DNA from: a virus
Virus record (IMG/VR): IMGVR_UViG_3300034072_000578
Location: 1 to 64,000 of that record
DNA: 64,000 bases
Reading direction: 5' to 3' (one strand)
Shown here piece by piece: positions 41,961 through 49,623 of this stretch. The notes below the pieces were generated by a model, which saw only the letters and a list, made by a program, of their open reading frames with translations, ran no database searches and had not been told where the DNA came from. Both the position numbers and the translations under genes were made by a program. Position 1 is the stretch's first letter. Every line of letters starts with the position of its first letter.

Positions 41961-42608
41961 TTATCTCTTTTCTAAAAATAGAATGTGGTAGAGGGCTTTA
42001 CCGAAATCGGAATAGCCATCTGAAAACTTATAATCATGATCGGCGGCTACCTTAAGCAGAAGGTCTTCCACTTCGTCGGCTTCATCTAGTTCAAGTCTAA
42101 TCTTGATCGTTCTATGGGTGTCTTCTTTTTCTTCGACTTCTCTAACGCCTTCCTCTAGCATTTCCTCTAGTTCGGTATCCTCTGGCGTTAATTCGAATAG
42201 TTCCCCGTCTGGTAGGGTAGCGTCTAGGCTGTCTAGGTCCATTTCCGCTAGGAGCTTGTCTAGTAGCTCTTTGTCGTCTTCACCGTATCTGGTGTTATCA
42301 ATTAGGCCAATCTCTTTTGCGCGGTCTTCTGAGACTTTCCCTAGATTTAGAACGGGAACTTCTTCCCAACCCAATTCCTTTACCGCTTCGTTGCGGTGAT
42401 AGCCGCCTAGGATTTCTAATGTTCCATCGGCTAGTTCTCTAACTACAATGGGTTTAAACGCCCCGTGTTTCGTAAGTGATTGCTTTAGTTTCTCAAATGC
42501 TGCCCTGCCTACCTTATTCGAGTTCCAAGGATTAGGGGCTAGCTTGAAGGGATTAATATGTAATAGTTCCATTGACTTTTTGTTCTTTCTTGCTATAAAA
42601 ATCGTCAT
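41961..42608 (-). CDS. ParB/Srx-like protein
   Basis: PNPWN.N, PIVVR, ILGGYHR; true start may be the internal Met (MELLH). Confidence 0.82.
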   Translation of the reverse strand: MTIFIARKNKKSMELLHINPFKLAPNPWNSNKVGRAAFEKLKQSLTKHGAFKPIVVRELADGTLEILGGYHRNEAVKELGWEEVPVLNLGKVSEDRAKEIGLIDNTRYGEDDKELLDKLLAEMDLDSLDATLPDGELFELTPEDTELEEMLEEGVREVEEKEDTHRTIKIRLELDEADEVEDLLLKVAADHDYKFSDGYSDFGKALYHILFLEKR

Positions 42609-42630
42609 TATTTAACAGAAACATGGAATT

Positions 42631-44079
42631 ATGTCAAAACTTATCACTATTGCTAGCAATGCTTTTACCTCCAAGCTATTAGATGCTGACGTTAACGCTA
42701 TGGAAGTTGTTAGCGACATTGTTAGCTACTACGTGAAGGGCTACGAAAACACCTACTCTTACAAGAACCAAACTTGGAACGGTAAATCGACAATGTTCGA
42801 TTGGCATACCGCTTCCTTCCCTAGGGGCTTTTTAAGCGCCGTGAACGCTAGGTTGACGCAAGAGGGGTATCAGGTCCGTAACCTAGCTAAATCGCTTCCA
42901 GAACCGCTAGGAAAGCTCCCTAGGACGCTTGGCGGGTTCGAATACACAGACAAGTATGATTACCAGTGGAAACTAGTCCGTAAGCTAGAAGAAACTGGTA
43001 TGATGATCGCCCGTTTAGCTACTGGCGCTGGTAAGACTTTCGCAGCAGCTTTATGCTACACCAAGATCAAACGGCCCACCCTGATCCTGACTAAGCGGAC
43101 TCCGCTGCTACACCAGTTCGTAGAGCGCCTTGAGACTTTCGGCTACAAAGCTGGAACAATCGGTGATAGTCAGATGGACATTAACCCCGAAATCACCGTA
43201 GCTATGGCTCAGACGCTGGAGAACAGACTTCATGAACCGGCTATTCAGGAATATTTAAAGTCGGTCGAATTCATCATCGGCGAAGAAGCTCATGAGATTA
43301 GCGACGACTCTTACTGGAATGTAGTAAAATCATGTCCTAATGCCTATTACAAGCTGGCTCTTACCGCTACTCCTTTCATGAAGGACGTAGGCGAAGCTAA
43401 TATGAAGCTGCTAGGGGCTTTTGGTCCTGTCGGCATTAACGTTTCTGAGAAGCTTCTAATTGACCGTGGCGTAAATGCCACACCTAAGATCAAATTTACT
43501 ACCTATTCTCCACCAGCTAAGTGCAAATATAATAGCAACTATCAGAAGGCAGTGGAGTTTGGAATAACTCATTGCGAAAGTCGTAATAAAGCTATCCTAG
43601 AAAACGCACTAGAAGCTCATAAGAGAGGGTTGCCTGTCTTAACGCTAATTGCTAGACAGGATCACGGCAAGGTTCTAGAAGCAATGTTCCTAGCCGCTGG
43701 CATCAGGACTAAGTTCATCTTTGGGGAAAGCACTCGCAAGAAGCGTCGTGAAGCTCTAAAGGAACTAGCCGAGGGTAAGATTGACGCACTAATAGGATCA
43801 ACAATCCTAGACGTAGGCGTTGACGTTCCCATGATCGGCGTTCTAATTATCGCTGGTGGCGGAAAAGCCGAGGTAGGATACAGGCAGCGAATTGGCCGTG
43901 GCCTTCGCAGCAAACCTACCGGACCAAACATATGCTTCGTAGTGGACTTTCTGGACGATCATAACGTCCATCTTCATGACCACTATAGAGAGCGTTATAA
44001 GATCGTCCGTGACACACCCGGCTTTAGTGAGAATTTGCTAGGGATGCACGAACAGCTAGATTGGAGTATATTTGATTAA
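42631..44079 (+). CDS. SF2 helicase (UvsW/D10-like)
   Basis: ATGAGKT, EEAH, LTATP, GVDVP, QRIGRGLR. Confidence 0.92.
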   Translation: MSKLITIASNAFTSKLLDADVNAMEVVSDIVSYYVKGYENTYSYKNQTWNGKSTMFDWHTASFPRGFLSAVNARLTQEGYQVRNLAKSLPEPLGKLPRTLGGFEYTDKYDYQWKLVRKLEETGMMIARLATGAGKTFAAALCYTKIKRPTLILTKRTPLLHQFVERLETFGYKAGTIGDSQMDINPEITVAMAQTLENRLHEPAIQEYLKSVEFIIGEEAHEISDDSYWNVVKSCPNAYYKLALTATPFMKDVGEANMKLLGAFGPVGINVSEKLLIDRGVNATPKIKFTTYSPPAKCKYNSNYQKAVEFGITHCESRNKAILENALEAHKRGLPVLTLIARQDHGKVLEAMFLAAGIRTKFIFGESTRKKRREALKELAEGKIDALIGSTILDVGVDVPMIGVLIIAGGGKAEVGYRQRIGRGLRSKPTGPNICFVVDFLDDHNVHLHDHYRERYKIVRDTPGFSENLLGMHEQLDWSIFD

Positions 44080-44580
44080 ATGTTAATAGGCTTATGTGGT
44101 ATGCCTAGGTCCGGTAAGACCGAGGTTAAGAAAATTTTAGAAGAGGTATATGGGTTCTATACCCTAGATACCAAACAAGTGTTACGCGAAATGGCCGCTA
44201 AACTAACCGGCCTAAGTCCAGATGACTTTATCACCCAAGAGCAAAAACAGACTCTGTTCGAAGGCGTCGAACGTAGGAAGATCATGGGTGAGATTGGCAA
44301 TGTAGCGGAAAAGCTATGGGGCGACTCCTACATGATCGAACGGGAACTTAAAAACCCCGCCTTTTATGAAGGTAAACGCATCGTAGTGGACGCCCTACGC
44401 AAGGAACAGCCTAGAGACTTCCCCGGCTACGTCTTTCAGGTAATTAGCAATAGAGCCATTGATACAGGTAATTCCTTCGATGACTTCTATAAAGGCCGGA
44501 ACGATGGTATCATCATCAACGATGGTAGCTTAGATGACCTAAGAGACACCGTTGAAAGAGCGATTAGAAGATATCTTTAA
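44080..44580 (+). CDS. deoxynucleoside monophosphate kinase
   Basis: IGLCGMPRSGKT, DALR, INDGSLDDL. Confidence 0.8.
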   Translation: MLIGLCGMPRSGKTEVKKILEEVYGFYTLDTKQVLREMAAKLTGLSPDDFITQEQKQTLFEGVERRKIMGEIGNVAEKLWGDSYMIERELKNPAFYEGKRIVVDALRKEQPRDFPGYVFQVISNRAIDTGNSFDDFYKGRNDGIIINDGSLDDLRDTVERAIRRYL

Positions 44581-44591
44581 GAAGGGTTTAC

Positions 44592-44873
44592 ATGGGCGAC
44601 GAAACTGATAAAAAGCAACCACCAGAACGCAGCGCGGTCTTTTCCACGACTGACGGGAAGAAAGTAAGAATTGAGTTTGACAAGGTTTTCTCTTACGTAG
44701 GTAAGACCAAAAATCATAGCACAACTATTGAATATGGTTATAGTTACGAAAAAGAAAGTCGCGAGACATTCATTTTAGATATTGACTTTGATGAATTCGA
44801 TGATAAACTCACAACTTATCAAAAAGAATTAAGAGATTATTACAGAGAGTTTGAAACAAGCTCTTCGTATTGA
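44592..44873 (+). CDS. hypothetical protein
   Basis: ORF with SD. Confidence 0.6.
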   Translation: MGDETDKKQPPERSAVFSTTDGKKVRIEFDKVFSYVGKTKNHSTTIEYGYSYEKESRETFILDIDFDEFDDKLTTYQKELRDYYREFETSSSY

Positions 44874-44951
44874 TGCGGGATAGTAGCAGTCTGGTAGCTC
44901 GCCACTCTCATAAGGTGGAGGTCGAGGGTTCAAATCCCTCTCCCGCATCCA
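44874..44951 (+). tRNA. tRNA-Met(CAT), initiator-like D arm
   Basis: Cloverleaf, loop CTCATAA, CCA end. Confidence 0.9.
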
Positions 44952-44958
44952 GATTTTC

Positions 44959-45034
44959 GGGGAAGTAGCTCAGTTGGATAGAGCAAAGCCACTTTAGGGC
45001 TTGTGCGTTGGTTCGAGTCCAACCTTCCCCACCA
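44959..45034 (+). tRNA. tRNA-Lys(TTT)-like with non-canonical anticodon loop
   Basis: Perfect cloverleaf, stem AAGCC/GGCTT, loop ACTTTAG, CCA. Confidence 0.8.
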
Positions 45035-45269
45035 CAGTTAAACAACTTAGTAACGACTAAAGTATATGCCCGTCTTGCTAAGGTATCTATGGACAACTGC
45101 TGATGCACGTTAAATCCCTGAGGCAAGGGTTTGCAGAGGTCATAGGTTTATTTGTTTGTGACGGGAGATTACCACTCAGAAGCTACGGCTTGCTGCGGTA
45201 ATGATACCACCGGGTTTACGGTCATCCTGCTTATAGCAAAAACCGGCAAGTTTTAGCCTTAAAGGCTTT

Positions 45270-45347
45270 CGGGAATTAGCGCAGTCTGGTCAGCGTGTGC
45301 CCTTTGGAGGGGTGAGGTCGTAGGTTCGAATCCTACATTCCCGACCA
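45270..45347 (+). tRNA. tRNA-Pro(TGG)
   Basis: C1-G72, loop TTTGGAG, CCA. Confidence 0.93.
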
Positions 45348-45418
45348 TTTACAGCTACGGCTGCTTGGGTGAGCAAAACAAATACCTTGGAACTTTGGCT
45401 AGTTCCTAAAAGCTCAAT

Positions 45419-45504
45419 GCGGGATTGGTGGAACTGGATATACACATATGCCTTAGAAGCATACGCCGAAAGGATTGAGAGTTCGAGTCTCTCATCCCGC
45501 ACCA
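45419..45504 (+). tRNA. tRNA-Leu(TAG)
   Basis: Loop CTTAGAA, long variable arm, CCA. Confidence 0.93.
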
Positions 45505-45555
45505 GTTTATTTTAATAAGAAACTATGTTATTATCCTCACAAACGAGGTAATAAC

Positions 45556-46110
45556 ATGGACAGATCAAAATTCTATTCTACGGTAAGAGCTAAACTAGGC
45601 TCTCTTACACAATCACAAATCAATGGCTTTGAGACAGTGCTAGATGCGCTAGAGGGTCAACCTCTTTCGCACAGAGCGTATTCGCTCGCAACTGCTTGGC
45701 ATGAAACCAATAAAACTATGCTCCCTGTTGTCGAAGCCTATTGGCTTTCGGAAGCATGGCGTAAGAAGAACTTAAGATACTATCCTTGGCATGGTCGCGG
45801 TTATGTTCAATTAACATGGGAATATAACTACAAGAGAGCAGATAAAGAACTTGGTCTAAAAGGGACTTTACTTGCTAATCCTGATCGTGCTATGGAACCT
45901 AAGATTGCTGCTAAGGTTATGCGCCTAGGTATGGATGAGGGATGGTTTACTAACGTAAAGCTATCTGACTGCCTACCAATGAGAGGCGTAGCTACTAGAG
46001 CGCAATACATGAAAGCAAGAACAATCATCAATGGATCGGATAAAGCCGACCTAATTGAAGATTATGCGCAGGTGTTCGAAAGAGCGCTTCGTGATGGAGG
46101 TTTAGTATAA
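45556..46110 (+). CDS. endolysin (GH19/lysozyme-like)
   Basis: AY.LAT.WHET, GRGYVQLTW..NY, NPD.A, AR.IING; SD GAGG. Confidence 0.85.
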   Translation: MDRSKFYSTVRAKLGSLTQSQINGFETVLDALEGQPLSHRAYSLATAWHETNKTMLPVVEAYWLSEAWRKKNLRYYPWHGRGYVQLTWEYNYKRADKELGLKGTLLANPDRAMEPKIAAKVMRLGMDEGWFTNVKLSDCLPMRGVATRAQYMKARTIINGSDKADLIEDYAQVFERALRDGGLV

Positions 46111-46167
46111 TGAGTAGTTGTAGAACAAGAGATATTCCAGACCAGCAATGGGGTGGATAATCTATAT

Positions 46168-46249
46168 CCCCTAGTAACAACGGCGGCTACGAACCGCTAG
46201 TAACGTAACTGGATTGAAAATGCAGGTTCGAATCCTGTCTAGGGGTCCA
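46168..46249 (+). tRNA. D-armless tRNA-Arg(ACG)-like RNA
   Basis: Acceptor CCCCTAG/CTAGGGG, anticodon arm GGCGG-CTACGAA-CCGCT, T arm, TCCA end. Confidence 0.65.
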
Positions 46250-46258
46250 TTTTAATAA

Positions 46259-46333
46259 CGGCGTGTAGCATAACGGTTAGTGCATCCCACTGATAATGGG
46301 CAGATGGAAGTTCGATTCTTCCCTCGCCGACCA
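46259..46333 (+). tRNA. tRNA-Ile(GAT)
   Basis: Loop CTGATAA, CCA. Confidence 0.88.
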
Positions 46334-46393
46334 ATTTAAACTGTCCTCATTTGGCCAGTTATGACGAATTACGGGACTTAATTGTCCATATAT

Positions 46394-46467
46394 GGCCGGT
46401 TACGTTAATAGTAAACTACCCTCCTTACAAGTGGGGATCAGCGGGGCAGAACCGCTACTGGCTACCA
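46394..46467 (+). tRNA. tRNA-Val(TAC) with atypical T and D loops
   Basis: Loop CTTACAA, T loop GGCAGAA, ACCA end. Confidence 0.72.
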
Positions 46468-46473
46468 TTTATT

Positions 46474-46881
46474 ATGACATACAAAATAACAAACTGTAAT
46501 TATTGCAATGTAGAATTCAGATATTGTGATTCGAAAAGAACTGGTAAGTTTTGTTCTAACCAGTGTTTTCAAGATCATAGATATGAATTCGTTACTAGGC
46601 CGAATATTCTTTTAGGTTTGACGGACGCCAAACAATTAAGAGATAGACTTCTAAAAGATACTCCTTATTGCTCAGAGTGTGGAGTAGGAGAGTTTTGGGA
46701 AGGTAAGAAGTTATCATTACAGATCGATCATTTTGATGGCGATAGTGATAACAACGCCCCTTATAACTTAAGAGTTTTGTGTCCTAATTGTCATTCTCAG
46801 ACTGATAATTATGGGATTAAAAATAAAGGATCGTCATCTAGACGTTCTAAATATCTAAAAGAATATAAATCTAATTACTAA
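46474..46881 (+). CDS. HNH endonuclease
   Basis: C..C/FCS..C N-terminus; LQIDH.DGD..NN...NLRVLCPNCHSQT. Confidence 0.9.
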   Translation: MTYKITNCNYCNVEFRYCDSKRTGKFCSNQCFQDHRYEFVTRPNILLGLTDAKQLRDRLLKDTPYCSECGVGEFWEGKKLSLQIDHFDGDSDNNAPYNLRVLCPNCHSQTDNYGIKNKGSSSRRSKYLKEYKSNY

Positions 46882-46954
46882 TTTCAGGGTGACTAGCTTA
46901 GGTTGGTTATAAAGAAGGCTAGTTTTAAAGTTCGCCTCCACCGATTAATTCATT

Positions 46955-47044
46955 GGATCATTGGGCGAGTGGTTTATGCCGTGTCCCTGCTAAGGACATG
47001 CACCTTAACCGGTGCCGTTGGTTCGAATCCAACATGATCCGCCA
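46955..47044 (+). tRNA. tRNA-Ser(GCT)
   Basis: Loop CTGCTAA, long variable arm, GCCA. Confidence 0.93.
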
Positions 47045-47071
47045 GTTTAACACTAATAAGAGTATCTAATA

Positions 47072-47323
47072 ATGCGTATCTATTTTGCCGCTAGCAACAA
47101 TGGTGATGGTTCTTCAAGCGTCCATTTCTTCGAAAGTAAGAAGTGTATCGACCTTTTAGAAGAGCATGACCTAGAAGGATATGGCGGTTGCGAAGGTGGC
47201 GACTGGATGGATATTGACGGTTCTGTTACTGGAATTAATATCGAAACTTTAGAAGAAGTAGTTGACTACCTAGTTGACTACGGCTATATAGATGAAGAAG
47301 ACGCAGAGCGTCTAAAAGCTTAA
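47072..47323 (+). CDS. acidic hypothetical protein
   Basis: NNGDGSSSV.FF motif ORF. Confidence 0.6.
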   Translation: MRIYFAASNNGDGSSSVHFFESKKCIDLLEEHDLEGYGGCEGGDWMDIDGSVTGINIETLEEVVDYLVDYGYIDEEDAERLKA

Positions 47324-47330
47324 AAGACAT

Positions 47331-47413
47331 GCTAGTGTCGCATAGTGGTCCATTGCACCGATCTTGTAAGTCGGAATTCCAGATCGTGGGTTCGAATCCC
47401 ACCACTAGCTCCA
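47331..47413 (+). tRNA. tRNA-Thr(TGT) with enlarged variable loop
   Basis: Loop CTTGTAA, 11-nt variable region, CCA. Confidence 0.85.
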
Positions 47414-47470
47414 TTAATAATTAAGGCCGGAACACTACGGTAAAGAGCTTCGATAGAAGCTTGCCTTAAT

Positions 47471-47547
47471 GGGGAATTAGCTCATTTGGGTAGAGCGTCG
47501 CACTTGCACTGCGAAGGCAAAGAGTTCGAACCTCTTATTCTCCACCA
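47471..47547 (+). tRNA. tRNA-Ala(TGC)
   Basis: G3:U70, loop CTTGCAC, CCA. Confidence 0.94.
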
Positions 47548-47558
47548 GATTAAATAAC

Positions 47559-47655
47559 GGAAGTATGGCAGAGTCTGGTTTATCGCGCTCGCCTTGAAAG
47601 CGAGAGTGGGCCTTAAACAAGTCCACCGTGGGTTCGAATCCTACTGCTTCCTCCA
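47559..47655 (+). tRNA. tRNA-Ser(TGA)
   Basis: Loop CTTGAAA, long variable arm, CCA. Confidence 0.92.
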
Positions 47656-47661
47656 GAATAC

Positions 47662-47737
47662 GGGTCGGTAGCTCAGTTGGTAGAGCATGGGGCTGAAAAT
47701 CTCAGTGTCGAGAGTTCAATTCTCTCCCCTCCCACCA
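47662..47737 (+). tRNA. tRNA-Phe(GAA)
   Basis: Loop CTGAAAA, CCA; acceptor-stem mismatches. Confidence 0.87.
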
Positions 47738-47788
47738 TTTACAACTTCGGTTGCTCGGACTTGCCACAGTCCTTTCAAAATTCCTAAC

Positions 47789-47862
47789 GCGGGCTTGGCG
47801 TAGTGTTAGCGTGTCTGGCTTCCAACCAGAAGGCAAGAGTTAGATTCTCTTAGTCCGCACCA
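47789..47862 (+). tRNA. tRNA-Gly(TCC)
   Basis: Loop CTTCCAA, CCA. Confidence 0.88.
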
Positions 47863-47880
47863 TAATTAAATACGGCACTT

Positions 47881-48372
47881 ATGACAGAATTAGATAGGTT
47901 TTTATCTTATATTTTAGTTTCTGAAACAAACTGTTGGGAATGGCAAGGCGCTTTAAGTGAAAAGGGCTATGGCGTTTTCAACATGGGTTCTAGAAAAGAA
48001 GGTAATAAAAGAACTATAAGAGCGCACCGATATTCTTATATGAAATATAAAGGCGAATTGGGCGAACTTCTAGTCTGTCATAAGTGCGACAACAGAAAGT
48101 GTTGCAATCCAGATCATCTTTTTTTAGGAACTGATGAGGATAACATTAGGGATATGTGGGCTAAGGGTAGGCAACCTCCACCTTTAGTCCAACTAGGGTC
48201 AGCAAATAATAATGCCATCTTGGATGATGTTAAAGTCGCTAAAATCAAATCTCTACTAGATACTTTTAACAATAAAGAATTAGGCGCTATGTTTGGCGTC
48301 AAGCATTCAACTATATCCAAAATAAGAACGGGTAGAACTTGGGTGCATGTTCAGGGATCGTCTAATGGGTAG
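47881..48372 (+). CDS. HNH endonuclease
   Basis: CWEWQG, GYG, AHRYSY, VCHKCDNRKCCNPDHLFLGT..DN. Confidence 0.92.
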   Translation: MTELDRFLSYILVSETNCWEWQGALSEKGYGVFNMGSRKEGNKRTIRAHRYSYMKYKGELGELLVCHKCDNRKCCNPDHLFLGTDEDNIRDMWAKGRQPPPLVQLGSANNNAILDDVKVAKIKSLLDTFNNKELGAMFGVKHSTISKIRTGRTWVHVQGSSNG

Positions 48373-48425
48373 GACAACTGGTTTTGATCCAGTTAATAGG
48401 GGTTCGAGTCCCTTTCCCTGATCCA
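48351..48425 (+). tRNA. tRNA-Gln(TTG)
   Basis: Loop TTTTGAT, CCA; overlaps HNH 3' end. Confidence 0.9.
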
Positions 48426-48435
48426 ATTCAAATAC

Positions 48436-48509
48436 GGGCTATTCGTTTAATGGTAGGACGCTGGATTGTCTATCCGGCAGCAGGGGTTCGATTCCCCTAT
48501 AGCTCGCCA
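48436..48509 (+). tRNA. tRNA-Asp(GTC)
   Basis: Loop TTGTCTA, GCCA. Confidence 0.92.
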
Positions 48510-48630
48510 TTTGTCAGAAGGGGCGCTAATCCCTTCGCCGCTCCCTAACCGGTTATTAGGTGTTAGGGTGAGCTAGTGGAGTGAGTGGCGCTAGCAATAA
48601 CTAAAGGAAGACGTTCCTACCACAAACTAT

Positions 48631-48707
48631 CGATGGCGTAGTGTAAACGGTGAACATGGCGGATTGTGATTCCGCAGTTGAGGGTTCGAATCCCTCCGTC
48701 ACGACCA
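48631..48707 (+). tRNA. tRNA-His(GTG), A73
   Basis: Loop TTGTGAT, ACCA end. Confidence 0.85.
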
Positions 48708-48722
48708 AATACAGGATTAATT

Positions 48723-49130
48723 ATGAAGAGTTTTGACGAACTAAAGCAAGAACGTAACGAGCAACGATTAACAGGCTTACTAAACCAGCTTGTTTATTTC
48801 GATGAACGATTAGATGGTGCCATTAAAGCCCACGAAAAGAAGATGGATGAGCTTTATTTTCTCGAAGAAGAACTAAAGCAACTAACAGCTAACCCTTCTC
48901 TCCTAACGCAGGAGCAGGTCTCAGCTATTATTGAGAAGCTTAATAAGTTAATCTATGCCACAGGCGGGATCGTTTCTGGTAATCATATTATAGGTGGCTC
49001 TATTACCGCAGACAAGATTGTAGCCCATTCTATTTGTGCAACGAATTTGTCGGATTGGCGTAACGCATCAAGCTCAGTAACAATTGCTGGCGGACAGGTA
49101 GCAAGTAACACTATTTCAACTACTAGATAA
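48723..49130 (+). CDS. hypothetical coiled-coil protein
   Basis: SD AGGA; C-terminal GSITADKI-type repeats. Confidence 0.55.
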   Translation: MKSFDELKQERNEQRLTGLLNQLVYFDERLDGAIKAHEKKMDELYFLEEELKQLTANPSLLTQEQVSAIIEKLNKLIYATGGIVSGNHIIGGSITADKIVAHSICATNLSDWRNASSSVTIAGGQVASNTISTTR

Positions 49131-49137
49131 TCAACTT

Positions 49138-49212
49138 AGGGGTGTAGTATAATGGCTATTACAGTCGACTCCAAATCCTCAGATCAGGGTTCGATTCCCT
49201 GCTCCCCTGCCA
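49138..49212 (+). tRNA. tRNA-Trp(CCA)
   Basis: Loop CTCCAAA, GCCA; weak anticodon stem. Confidence 0.82.
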
Positions 49213-49229
49213 TTTATAAGAGAATTTAA

Positions 49230-49535
49230 ATGAGCTTAGAAAAAGTATTAGAAATTTACAATGAAGACAGTTGGGGTCTAGAAGACTATATTGTCGATAA
49301 GACTGACTCCGATTGGGTTCAGGATCATAAATACCAGTATCGTTCCTACATTATCAAGTATGAGGACGGCAAGTTTTACCAGATCAACGAAAGCCGTTCC
49401 GGCTCTTATCATTCGGATTGGTATTACAACCCAGCAGAGATTTTCGAAGTCGAAAGACAAGAAAAAGTAGTTACTAAGACAGAAATCACTTGGCATATGG
49501 TCGGTGATCGTGTAGAGAGTAAAGATCGCTGGTAA
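49230..49535 (+). CDS. hypothetical phage protein
   Basis: RSGSYHSDWYY motif ORF. Confidence 0.65.
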   Translation: MSLEKVLEIYNEDSWGLEDYIVDKTDSDWVQDHKYQYRSYIIKYEDGKFYQINESRSGSYHSDWYYNPAEIFEVERQEKVVTKTEITWHMVGDRVESKDRW

Positions 49536-49545
49536 TAAGAATTTT

Positions 49546-49621
49546 TGGCTAGTAGCTTAACCGGTAAAGCCACTCACTGTTAATGAGTCAGATGCAGGTT
49601 CGACCCCTGCCTAGTCAGCCA
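49546..49621 (+). tRNA. tRNA-Asn(GTT)
   Basis: Loop CTGTTAA, GCCA. Confidence 0.92.
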
Positions 49622-49623
49622 GA

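Noticed and set aside
175-44580. Genome-wide amber (TAG) recoding, suggested by abundant TAG triplets and a CUA-loop tRNA
   Set aside because: Core genes are full length under the standard code; the plus-strand TAGs are mostly antisense CTA Leu codons
45096-45145. Hammerhead ribozyme (CTGATG)
   Set aside because: Core reads CTGATGC rather than CTGANGA, with no matching GAAA
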